Shown here: piece by piece, positions 49,082-61,300 of the stretch
Layout: every line of letters begins with the position of its first letter
How positions within the stretch are numbered: position 1 is the first letter of the stretch
NCBI RefSeq assembly: GCF_964188315.1
Contig: NC_135656.1
Location: forward strand, 80,228,001 to 80,292,000
From: Podarcis muralis
Lineage: Eukaryota
Direction of reading: 5' to 3'
Length of the DNA stretch: 64,000 nucleotides
Made by a program: the position numbers and the translations under genes
Notes under the pieces: generated by a model
The model's database searches: none
What the model was told of the DNA's origin: nothing
The model's input: only the letters and a program-made list of their open reading frames with translations

Positions 49082-52000
49082 TCTGGGTCCTGAACAGTAT
49101 ACCTTGAGATCCTGCAGCTGCTTTGCCTACGAATCGTAAGTGGCAGCATTAAGTAGACATTTGAAAAGGTGTGATTAACATAATGTGCACTTTAGCCCTC
49201 AACTCCCTGTCCGAAGCCATAAGCTCAACAACAAGGATGGGAAACCTGCAGATATTGCTGGGCTACAATCTCCCAACATTCCTGACCTTTGTCCATGCTG
49301 GCTGGGGCAGAGGGGAGTTGGAGTCTGAAAGCATTGGGAGGGCCACAGATTCCCTACCCTTGCTTACAATCTATGGTTGCATGGCACTGCACTACTGCCA
49401 TCATCATGCTTCTGCCCACAAAGTCTCCAAGAAACACCTACGAATTCTAACCTAAGATTTGGGAATCCCTTGTGTAACAGACTTCTGCAATTGAAAGATA
49501 CTTGTAAATATGATTACACTTTAAAAAGGCAATTTTTTTCTAAATTTGGTGTGGCAAATCAAGCTCCAGCATTCAAAGCTCTCTGTATATATGTCTGTCG
49601 TTGCATCAACTTTCTTCTGCGGTTTAGAAAACAGGCAGATTCTTCAGATGAGGCTGAATAGGATTCCACTGAGTATAACGTCTCAAAATTAGCAATGAGT
49701 TGTATACGCACATAAGTTGCTTTGCAAACAGAGACTTATCAAGTTGTACCCCTTGCGGAATAATTCTGGTGTTCTTGTTTGCCAAGTATTTTAATTACGC
49801 AGATTTTAAGTCGGTGTTGTTGATACTTTGTCACGCAAAAAAGCTTTAGTGTTTCATAACAGCCCCTCCTCATTATTTTAACCTGAACTGATGGATCTGG
49901 GTGTTTTGGAGTTTGATCTCTCCACTTAAGTTTACAAACATATGTTTATGTGCCTCTTCATTAAAAAAAGAGCATAGTAGTTACTAGAAAGTAGCAAGTG
50001 ATGCTATCTGGCTAACGCCTCTTACATTCAGTTATGATGAGAACTGAAACTTGAGAGATATTCCCTGGAACCAGTATCAGTTATTCCCTTATCATACAGT
50101 ACAAAACTGTATACATAAGATTCTAGATACCAGCCACTGCCTTAGAATTCTGGATGCCAGCCATTGCCTTTAAGACAATTCATTTCCTATTCACATAGAT
50201 TACTTTATACTCTAGCCAGACACCGCCACCAACACACACACACACACACACACACAGGCATGCAAGGACTCCTGGTGGTAGTGATGGTGATGATAAAGAA
50301 CATGGCCTCCCAAAGTGTTTGTTTGGGCAAGGAAAGTGGTGAGGTGAATGTCTGTTGGAGTAGTCCTTAACTCGAACACAAAGTCAAAGTTGGCTCATAA
50401 GAAGAATTCTAAAACTAGTATCTTTATTAGGCCAAACGAACATGATTGGTACTCAAGTGCAGCCCTACTCCTTGCTCCCACATTGATTTACCCAGGAGCC
50501 AACAACCAAATGGGGCTTTAGTCTCTTAACATACTTGAGTCCTTATTGGCAGTGGTGGCTGATGCCCATTGGTGGTTGGGTGGGGTGGAAGGCAGGGAGG
50601 CCAACAGCAGGCAGAGCCAGAGCCAATGATAGGCAGAGCCAGAGGCAGGCGGAGCCTACTAATTCTAGTTTTGTTATTATCCTGCTCTCTGCTGCATTCT
50701 ACAAGGGCATAATGAGGAAGGAAGCTGACAGGGCTGGTTGTAAGAAAGCAGGCAAGTGGGTCTGGTTGAGAGCAGATTAACACTGTTGAGGCGGTGCTCA
50801 CTCTAATGGACCAGCTTCCACTCCTCATTGGCTGGTTGAAGAGTTTTCTCTGCCTTAGGATCCCCCTCGTCCCCTGAAAGATTTTATGATGCTGCCAAGC
50901 TGGCTGGCTTGTGCATGGAGCTGCCGTTCTGGCTACAGAATGGTGGGCACTTTCCTTCCGAAGTTCAGAATCAGAATGCATACACACACACCTACTTTAA
51001 TCTTAAAAGTGGGAAGATGGTAAATCCTATTAATAGCCTAATGTTAACTGAAGTGGTATAAAAGAAAAGAGAACCAGCAACCATGGTGACGAGGAAGGTG
51101 TCTTCCTACTGCATGTACATTGTAAACGTATCTCAGCAGTATGACCACCACCACATGATCTTAATAAAATATGAATAACTTGAATAAAATATGGGGGGGC
51201 AGGTAAGCCCCACACTGCATAACTGATCACATGACGCAGTGCACACACACCATTTGAATGGCAATGCCCTTCAATTTGGGGGGGGGGACGACTAGCCCCC
51301 TCAAATATTTTATTGCGGGGGGGGGGGGGTGAAGACCCCTCAGCCCCCAGGAGTTGGCTCCTATGTCTTAATGCACTGTTAGAATAAAACCAGGGAACTT
51401 CTGCAGGCCTGACATATTATTGTTAGGTCACTGGTCAGTGGCCTTATTAGACTTTGCCCGAGAGGCTGTCATAATAATAGAAGAAACTATTTAAGGACTC
51501 AGTACCCATTTGCATGACAGACTGGAATATATCCCTCAAAACCTTTATGATAGATATCCAATGCTTGTTTTCACATTTAATTAATATACTGCCATCTATG
51601 CTTAATTGTACATCTTATAATCTTGGAGAGATAATGTCACAATGCTTTCATATTTTTGAGAGTGGCTATATAAATAATATGCAGATGCTGGGGAAGCCTG
51701 CAGAGGCTTGGCTGGCTCTCTGGCACTGTGCCCAGCAGAAATGAAGGATACAGTTAGTATTCAGCTGCCCAAGTCCTTACAACAACCCTGTAAGGCAAGT
51801 CAGTATTATTATTTCCCATATTGTGGATGGAAAAAGAGAAGTTGAGGGAGAGCAGCTGGCCTAAATGAGTACAGTAAACTAACATCTAACTTGTGTGCAT
51901 TCAGCTTTACATGCTTGGCAAAAAGAAATCTTTTAAGGGGGCGAAGAGTGGGCAGGTATGTGGGGAAAAAGACTTTGGCAATGCCACCCACCATTGAACC

Positions 52001-53924
52001 CATTGTGTTTTGACTATATGTGGTTTTGGTTTTAGGTGCCATCCCCAGAACGTAACCCCCAAGCAAGTTGCAGGCTTACTGTACATAGCAGAGCCAAAAT
52101 TCAAACTGATTATTTTTTTGTAATAGTATATGCTCCATCATGTCAAAAGATGCTTCTAAGCAGCTAAATTCTTAGCTGCTATGCTATGCCAGCATACAAA
52201 TCTACATCCTATTTTTTTCTGTCTGAATATGTATTTGGAAGTAAGTACCATTTTCGGAGTAGCTTTGCAGAGCTACATAAGCTCCGAAGAGAAATTAAGG
52301 CTTTATTTGCATGCCAGCTAGATCCCAGTGGTCTGCTGGGAGCCAGAGCTGGGGGACCCCTGTAAATTGGATTCAAATGGTGAGAAGGCAGAAATAAAGC
52401 CCCTACCTCCAAGAAAGCCTTTTCTCTGGGTGCAGAGGTATTCCACAAAAAATATACTTAAAAATAGCAAAAAAAAACCAGCCCTCATAGAGGGAACATA
52501 GTAACAAAGGAAGCTGCCTTATACTGAATCGGACCATTGATCCATCTAACAACAACAATTTATTATTTATACCTCGCCCACCTGGCTGGGTTTCTCCAGC
52601 CACTCAGTGTGGCTCCCAACAGAATATTAAAAACACAATAAAACATCAATCATTAAAAACGTCCCTAAACAGGGCTGCCTTCAGATGTCTTCTAAAAGCG
52701 CTCTGCTAATACCATTGAGGTGCAACATGTCAGAGCACACATGCAGTGCTGCAGCAAGATGGCAGCATCCAGCAGTGGTTTATGAAGCTCTGATTAATAA
52801 TTGGCCCTTTACTGGTATGTAGGCCTCAGCAAACGCCATAGTGACTGTTGATAATGCCAGTCTTACTGTTCTGAAGAGCACTCTTCCTATGCGGCAACTA
52901 GGGTACAAAGTGTGTGGGGTGGGGGATATTTATGCATACATATGATAGAGAAGAATGTGGCTTTTGTTCCTTCAGCTTTACAAGAGTAAAATATATATAT
53001 TCTGAAATGTACCAGAGCGATCTGAAGCACATAATATTTCAATTTTGAGGCAAACAGCTAGACTCCAGGGAAGATCTAAGAGACACATACACTCTGGATC
53101 AGTAAGGTGTAATATTCTGTGAACAGTGAATTCGACATATTGTGGTTTTTCAAGTCCTAGGTTTCAAAACCAGAAGAGCATTACAATACAATGTCATTTA
53201 CTGAACCAGGAGGTGGTTCAGTCCTCTAGTTCTTCCCTGTTCAGTATTCTGAAACGTGTGCCACTATAATACAGGAGTCTAAACATACAGTTTTTAAAAT
53301 TATGTTTGTATGACACATTCTGCTTACTCAGAGTGAATGATACAAATGTATTGTTTTCAGTATTGGTTTAAATACAAATGTTACTCATTATTAGGAATGT
53401 TTCCCCTGACGAAACCATACCGACTTTGCAGAAAGTAATGGCATTTGTTTTTTAATTATGTGCTGCATTAATATTGCACATATTACCAAATGGTGCACAT
53501 TGTGTGAGGTTCACAATTTGTTGCTGTTATGTAAATTGCTTGAGTAAGCTTTTTGCTTAAATTTTGTACTGGATATTGATTACAGTTGTGTGAGTATACA
53601 CTTTTAAGATTTCTCTCACTATCCATTCCTATAGGTTGGGAGTGGGCCACATTTCCTCAGGATTAATCTGTCAGGGGTCTGTCAGGGGCTGCATGGCAGC
53701 TGTGGGTTGGTTTAAAGTCAGTAATGAGTAAGGCCAGTCCAAAAGTAAGCAGGCCATCTCTCTCTCTGTCTGTCTGCCACCCACTTCTCTCTCCTCACTT
53801 TCTCCTTGCCCAGCAGATTGCTGGAGAAGGTACAGATCGCTGTCACCAGAATTCTGAAGTGATCATTTGCAAAAGGCTTCTGTAATTAGACCCCCCAAAC
53901 CTCCCCATCTGCTGTAGGTAGATA

Positions 53925-54243
53925 AAGGTAAAGATAAAGGTACCCCTGCCCGTATGGGCCAGTCTTGCCAGACTCTAGGGTTGTGCGCTCATCTCACTCT
54001 ATAGGCCAGGAGCCAGCAGACACTTCCGGGTCACATGGCCAGCGTGACAAGCTGCATCTGGCGAGCCAGCGCAGCACACGGAACGCCATTTACCTTCCCG
54101 CTGGTAGGCGGTCCCTATTTATCTACTTGCACCCAGAGGTGCTTTCGAACTGCTAGGTTGGAAGGCGCTGGGACCGAACGACGGGAGCGCACCCCGCCAC
54201 GGGGCAAGTCCTAGGCGCTGAGGTTTTACCCACAGCGCCACGC
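53925..54243 (-). mobile_element. Sauria SINE (Squam1) with an internal deletion of the B-box
   Basis: Perfect 14-bp TSD gctgtaggtagata at 53911-53924 and 54244-54257. Lacks the ~25-nt segment containing the B-box that the 15979 and 48431 copies have. Confidence 0.9.
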
Positions 54244-54370
54244 GCTGTAGGTAGATATATAGCTGTAATTCCTAAGAAGGACCTCACATACTTCCATAAG
54301 CAACATCTTAGCCAAGCTCCTCTTCTGATATACATTGCTGTATCCAGGTAGGGGTCAAAACAGGACACAG

Positions 54371-54800
54371 TGTTGTTGTTGTTGTTTAGTCGTTTAGCCG
54401 TGTCCGACTCTTTGTGACCCCATGGACCAGAGCACGCCAGGCACTCCTGTCTTCCACTGCCTCCCGCAGTTTGGTCAAACTCATGCTGATAGCTTTGAGA
54501 ACACTGTCCAACCATCTCGTCCTCTGTCGTTCCCTTCTCCTTTTGCCTCCATCTTTCCCAACATCAGGGTCTTTTCCAGGGAGTCTTCTCTTCTCATGAG
54601 GTGGCTAAAGTATTGGAGCCTCAGCTTCAAGATCTGTCCTTCCATTGAGCACTCAGGGCTGATTTCCTTGAGAATGGAGAGGTTTGATCATCTTGCAGTC
54701 CATGGGACTCTCAAGAGTCTCCTCCAGCACCATAATTCAAAAGCATCAATTCTTCGGCGATCAGCCTTCTTTATGGTCCAGCTCTCACTTCCATACATCA
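54371..54800 (-). mobile_element. BovB (RTE) LINE 3' end
   Basis: (CAA)n tail, and gtgtccgactctttgtgaccccatggac...aaagcatcaattcttcggcg, characteristic of the BovB 3' region. Confidence 0.9.
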
Positions 54801-54804
54801 GATA

Positions 54805-55046
54805 CAGTGGTACCTCAGGTTAAGTACTTAATTCATTCCGGAGGTCTGTTCTTAACCTGAAACTGTTCTTAACCCAAAGCACCACTTTAGCTAATGGGGC
54901 CTCCTGCTGCTGCCGTGCCGTCGCCGAGCAATTTCTGTTCTCATCCTGAAGCAAAGTTCTTAACCCAAGGTACTATTTCTGGGTTAGCGGAGTCTGTAAC
55001 CTGAAGCCTATGTAGCCTGAAGCGTATGTAACCCGAGGTGCCACTG
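54805..55046 (-). mobile_element. Tc1/mariner-pogo MITE family A
   Basis: TA-flanked cagtggtacctc / gaggtgccactg TIRs; sits at the 5'-truncated end of the BovB fragment. Confidence 0.9.
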
Positions 55047-56336
55047 TATTGCTTATCCCCACATCTACTTTTGCTGAGGATGATAGATGTTTTGGATTCT
55101 TTAACTTCAAGGAGAGAATAGAAGCCTGCATAATATTAACGTCAAGGTCAGGCAGGGCTGTTGAGTTCAACTATTTTGGCCCCAGCTAACACATAGTTGA
55201 GTTTTATTCTTTCACTATCAAGCTGAAGCCCTGGCTTTCTTTTGTTTACTTTAGCCTTTTGCTGTGCCATTGCCTTCACGAAAGAAAGAGACCAGAGCAC
55301 TCAGCTTTAAACTAACGAGAAAAATGCTGTCTAATTTCCAATGGTCTTTAGAAACAATTCAGAGCATGTTGTCTGATCTAGTTCCTGCCTGTAAGCTGGA
55401 ACCCACCCACCCCTGGTTATAAATACCCCATTTTTCCTTTCCCTTTTTTTAATGCATTCAGTCAAAAAAATCCAGCTGAGATGGGTTGGATTCAACTTAG
55501 TGCTAAGTAAGTAGTTCCATTAGTACATGGATTTTTGCTTGTGCAACAGAACTCTCCCCACCTTTCCCCTCAACCCCCTAGATCTATTATAGGAATTACC
55601 CCAGCCCTCCGGAACACACTGGGAGTCTCAGTCTCAGTCTCAGTCAGTTTTATTGCACATAGCCAAAGGCTGCCGCAATGTACACAAAATTATTTGACAA
55701 TTAAAAGAAAATATACTGAATTGGTAAAAAAAGACTTAAAACATTTATATTATTAAAACATTATGTACTCAAAACAAAGCTATAAAAGTACCCCAATGTA
55801 CAAATAAAAACATTAAACAATAAAATTCATAAGCTAAAATCATCACATGGTCACTAATGTTAAAAACAATATCAATTAATACAGTGTGCAATTTATACTC
55901 AGAGTTTGGTGACAAAGATAGAGCATAGCCTGAGGTAGATAGATAGGATCAAATAAATTCATCTCCTTTACAGTTAATGGCTACCTTGTCTATATAATTT
56001 GCTCTAATTTTCCTAGCAGCAGTTGCAAAAAGTGCTACCCGCCAGGTCACATACTTATCTGTGTCTGCAAGGAGATATAACATCATATCAAGGGGGTTCT
56101 GGCCAGGGAACCCTGTCATTATAGGTACCAAAAATCTTTTTCTTGTATCATTATATAACGGACAGTGCAAGATATAATACATAAGGTCCTCTACTTCAGA
56201 ACATCCCCTAATGCAAACACGTTCGTTTTTTGGTATGCCTCTATGTCTCCCATCTCTATAAGCAGAGCTTAATGTATTTAGTCGTAGCTCTGTAAAAGCT
56301 TTTCGAAGCTGTGCAAAAGTCAATCCATTAAAATAA

Positions 56337-56432
56337 TGTATCTGAAGAAGTGTGCATGCACACGAAAGCTCATACCAAGAACTAACTTAGTTGGTCTTTA
56401 AGGTGCTACTGGAAGGAATTTTTTTTGTTTTG
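56337..56432 (+). mobile_element. Short Penelope-like (PLE)-derived retroposon carrying a hammerhead ribozyme
   Basis: 96 bp between perfect 13-bp TSDs tccattaaaataa (56324-56336, 56433-56445), nested in the LINE above. Confidence 0.82.
56338..56375 (+). ncRNA. Minimal type-I hammerhead ribozyme
   Basis: Stem I GUAU/AUAC; core CUGAAGA plus one extra A; stem II GUGUG(CAUG)CACAC; GAAA; palindromic AGCU stem III; predicted cleavage after CUC (C56371). Confidence 0.72.
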
Positions 56433-57518
56433 TCCATTAAAATAAGATATGTGTTCATTGACCTCTCTAAGTTTAAAATACAATGGGGCGCATGTAGATG
56501 TGCACATAGAGTTTAGATCGTTTTTAGTTGCCACTGCCCTTATGGTTCGTTTAAAAATATTTTTCTGTGATTATAAGGGGAGTTCTTTAATCTCAGTCAC
56601 TGAGAGATCATATTTGCCCATCAGTTGGGCAGCATGATGTACCCAGTTTTTAAGGGGTAATCCATTTGAGAGCTCAATCAGGCATTTTTTTTTTGGTAGC
56701 CTAGTGTTGTCCATCTGTTGAACTCTAAACCAGTAACAGTAATTAAGTTCCACTGGGAGTCATGAGGCAGAGCCAGATATAGGGCACCCAGTTCCCCCAC
56801 ACTGGGCGCTGAGTTGCTAACAATGTTGTGAAGAATTAAATTGACTTTTCTTTTAAACTAACAATTTAGGATGCTTCCTTGCAATAATCTGAGTGGTGAT
56901 TTGATTTGTCTTCCTCTTTCTGAATTTAATTTTTGGATCCACCGTCACTTGAATCTCAAATTACTTATCAGCTTCTGCTTAATCGTCACACCAATGCAAC
57001 ATGCTCTGCGTGGATCACTGGCTACTGGCCAGCCATGGAGATGATTGAAGGGCAATGTCATTCCACTATTTTAAAGAATGAATCAAAGGCACTAAGCCCT
57101 ACACAAAAAGAATGGGGTTTTCTGGCTAAGGAACAGGTGTGCTTTACCTTTCCTCTGAGCCACAAAAGTATCTCTGAAATGGGAAGCCCTGGTTTAATTT
57201 CCCCCTGTTGCCTTCTGAGCACTTACCTGCCCTGTGGTCTAAATATTTATTATGTAACCACCCACAGAGCTTTTAGTTGCACTGAACTCTTGTGCTACTG
57301 CCCACAAGGTAGGGATACCTGAGGATTTCATTTGGCCTGCATTTTCAAGCAAACCAAGCTGACTGGCATTTGCTAGAGTCTAGACTAATACACATTGGAT
57401 ATCCTTACTGCTTTTTCACTTCCTCAAATTTTGCAATACATTTGTCTTCTCAAATAAGTACCAAAATTTATTTTTAATCTCCACTTTCTCTCCACTTTCC
57501 TATCCCCCCTCTATGATT

Positions 57519-57886
57519 TGTGGCACTGTGGTCTAAACCACTGAGTCTCTTGGGCTTGCTGATCGGAACATCGGCGGTTCAAATCCCCGCAATGGAGTGA
57601 GCTCCCGTTGCTCTGTCCCAGCTCCTGCTAACCTAGCAGTTTGAAAGCACACCAGTGCAAGTAGATAAATAGGTACTGCTGTGGCAGGAAGGTAAACAGT
57701 GTTTCTGTGCGCTCTGGTTTCCATCATGGTGTTCTGTTGCGCCAGAAGCGGTTTAGTCATGCTGGCCACATGACCCAGAAAGCTGTCTGTGGACAAACAC
57801 CGGCTCCCTTGGCCTGAAAGCGAGATGAGCACCGCATCCCACAGTCGCCTTTGACTGGACTTAACCATCCTTTACCTTTACCTTTA
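57519..57886 (+). mobile_element. Sauria SINE (Squam1), diverged, 5' few bases missing
   Basis: gtggcactgtggtctaaacc...ggttcaaatccc...(cctta)n tail. Confidence 0.85.
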
Positions 57887-57895
57887 TAGCATATA

Positions 57896-58154
57896 CAGTG
57901 GTACCTCTGGATATGAACGGGATCCATTCCGGAGCCCCGTTTGCATCCTGAAGTAAACGTAAGACGCAACTGCGCATCTGTGTGTGCATGGGTCACGTTT
58001 CGCCACTTCCGCGCTTGCGCGTGACGTCATTTTGAGCGTCTGTGCATGCGCGAGCGGCAAAACCTGGAAGTAACGTGCTCCGTTACTTCCGGGTCGCCGC
58101 AGAGTACAACTCGAAAATATATAACTTGAAGCTACTTCAACCCAGGTATGACTG
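57896..58154. mobile_element. Tc1/mariner-pogo MITE family B
   Basis: TA|cagtggtacctc...ggtatgactg|TA; shares its right-hand TA with the next MITE. Confidence 0.85.
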
Positions 58155-58156
58155 TA

Positions 58157-58398
58157 CAGTGGTACCTCAGGTTACATATGCTTCAGGTTACAGACACTTC
58201 AGGTTACAGGCTCCGCTAACCCAGAAATAGTAGCTCGGGTTAAGAACTTTTCTTCAGGATGAGAACAGAAATCGTGCTCCGGCGGTGTGGCGGCAGTGGG
58301 AGGCCCCATTAGCTAAAGTGGTACCTCAGGTTAAGAACAGTTTCAGGTTAAGAACGGACCTCCAGACCGAATTAAGTACTTAACCCGAGGTACCACTG
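58157..58398 (+). mobile_element. Tc1/mariner-pogo MITE family A
   Basis: TA|cagtggtacctcaggtta...taacccgaggtaccactg|TA. Confidence 0.9.
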
Positions 58399-61300
58399 TA
58401 TAAGGCAGCTTCCTGTATTCCTGAGGTGGACCAGAAAGTTCATGGCTGTCTTCATGCTCGTTGAGCCACTTATTCTGTATGCATTGACTAAGATGCTCTC
58501 TTACTGTCACCCCTTTATTACATCTTCAACTTGTCTTGGTCAGATCATACCATGAGCACCACAGTCTCTCTGTCGCCCCAAAGGCAAAGGATGTACAGTG
58601 TGCCTATTGCCAAAAGTATTGCAAAGCTTCTGGAGAACTTAATATTGTGAAAGGTAACTAAATATAATACATATTTGTACGGCAAAATAAATAAATCCCA
58701 AAATGTTTTGCAGCTGGAAGGATCTGAGGCCTGATGTTCTCGTAGTGGGTAGTATTTGTACAAAGTGTACTTAGTGAGGGAACAAATTATTACTGTTGTT
58801 GGCTGGAACACGAAAGGCTTTCAGCATGCCTTGTGAAAGCAGACAATTACCGTTTCTGCACTGATCCTCTGTCACATCCGCTGTGCTGCCATGATCCATT
58901 ACCATTCTCCTGCGTGCATTAGAGCAGAGGTGGGGAACTGGATCATTTCCTACACCCCAACCCCTGGGCCAAATTTGATTAGAGTGTTCACGCCCACAGA
59001 CCCAGGACACAAAATGTCTGGCCAAAAGGGAACATTATGCCCTTCATACGCAATTTAGAAACCAAAAATCAGCAATCATAAAAAGGTCACGTGGCCTGCT
59101 TTTAAAAGATTTTAATTCTGATGACTACAACCTCTTTGATTTGGAAGTATTTCCTACAGAGAAACCCTCGAATCCTAGGATACTGGAAGGAAGAAAACTC
59201 AACTGAAAGGCTTAACACACTAAATATTGCACGACCTTCATGACAACACTTAATTTCTATCCAGCATTTTTGTTTTTGCTTTGTTCTTTTTATAAAACTC
59301 TTGTGAAAACTTTTTAATTGATCTTTGGGGTTCTTTATCCTGGTCTTTGTTGCAAGTGATCTTAGGACAGATTGCATAGTAATGAAACAAATACACACAA
59401 CAAAATCAACCCATTGAAAATTAAAGCCATGTAAATACCCTAAAATGTTACACTCAACCTGCTCGAGCTAGGTGGCCCAATATATCAACTCCCATCCCTC
59501 ACCAAAGGCCTGGAGGAAGTGGTAGGCTTTCAGGAGGCATTGGAAGCTAAGTTATGTTGGCACCACCAATATCTCTGGAGGAGGAGCCTTCTGCAACCAC
59601 CAGTCCCAAGGCAAAGTGCCTCAAGCTACACTCAGTGATGGGACTACAGGCAGCCTCCTGTTTATGCGGGAGTTACGTTCTGAAATTGAATATAAAGGAA
59701 ACCCTTTAGAAAATCCTGCAAACACCCTGTTCCGTTCCTTTTAGTGTCGTTTCCATGACATCTTTATGACATTTCCAGGTCACTCCTGGGTTTGGCGTGA
59801 TGTGCATATACACGGCTGTGCACATCTTGAACATGCATAAATAGAGGGCTGCCTGTGTAGGAAGAGCCACAATAGTCAAAATACCACAGGAGTGATGATG
59901 CCATCTTAGCTCCCAGAGTTCCTTTGAAAAAGACTGAAGCCAAAACATTTAAAGAGACCTCCTTCTGTATCCACCAGCCCATGTTTAAAGATCGGGGGGG
60001 GGGGGTGTCCTCCCCACACAGGTGCACCTCACCACCACTTTATATTTTTTTCAGACACCAGGAGAGGACTCATCTTTTTTTGGTCAGGCTTTCAGAGGCT
60101 GAGTAATGTTGCTAATTATGTTCTTACAGGATGTTTAAAAATTATTATTATGTTCTTCTTATCATGTTTTATATGGTCTTATTTTTTTTTTTTTTTGTAG
60201 ACCACCCTGTGAACATTTTTGGTGAAGGGTGGAACAGCAGAACATAAACAATCTTAAACCTCTGTCCGGTCCTTCACTTATTTCACACTACTCGCACACA
60301 TGTAGCTAGGTAGAGAGTAAAGCTCAGATAGCTAACTAGATAGGTGTATTTCAGTGCATATTGTGAATAAGGAAGGCTTAGCTTTCCACTCAGAGATGCT
60401 GACGTCACTGGAACTGTGTGGGTGTAAGTGAGAAGAACTTGTAGCTATTATATAATCGATTCCTCCTATAATATATTCAGCACCTCATACCGACAACAGA
60501 GCTAGGGATTACATCAAGATGCTAATGAGGCCCTCCCCACACTCCTCCATGCTTTGTTCTCACAGTTTAGCCGCGTTAATAAAATTTACCACATGTTTTG
60601 CAGAGTACCAGAGTTGAGGTGTGCCAGCAGTCCATAGCGGTGTAGGGTCAAATGGCAAATACTTGATCTGTCATTTTTCGGAAAACACATTGGGGACCAA
60701 AAAGGATGCCCAGCGCCCACCCTCCCTTTTTCCCCATAGCAAAAGCAATTGTTAATTTGAGAGAGAAGAGCTCTATTTTTCTTTTTGCCTCTAGAGGGTA
60801 GGAAGAAATAGCTCTGTGGTTTTATTCCCTTCCAGCACATTAATTTCTCTGTCTCTATGAGTAACTTTTCAGTTCATCCTCCCCACCCCCCTTTTCAAGC
60901 ATATCTCTCTGTGTGGTGATTGGTCTCAGCCCTGAATTTCTTTATACTGATCGCTCACTGATTCATCAACATCATTAGCAATTTGTCATGGATAAAAGAT
61001 CGTCTTAATAAGTGCTGGACTGTAATTGCACTGCGATTCCTCTTGCAATGGATTTCAGTATGCAGTGAGAAATAATTCATTGTCATTTGTAACCAGGAAC
61101 TAATCACTGCTTGGCAAACTAGAACTGAATTAGACAATGGAAAAGCTAAACCTTGGAGATCTGAAGTTTATTTTATTTAGAAAGGTTTATAAAATGCTTA
61201 ACCAAATAGCAGTCTAAGGGATATATGTAATAAAATGCTTTTTTGTCATTGGAATTTATCAGAAAGATGAATCTTTTTCAGATGTTCAGTGAACACATGG

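Larger units (their letters stand above)
55628..56750 (-). mobile_element. 5'-truncated non-LTR retrotransposon (ORF2 C-terminus with Cys/His knuckle), clade uncertain
   Basis: 11-bp TSD cactgggagtc at 55617-55627 and 56751-56761; AATAAA plus (ACTGAG)n tail. The frame ELNYCYW...ERVCIRGCSEVEDLMYYILHCPLY...DEFI* has one internal stop once the nested insert is removed. Confidence 0.85.
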
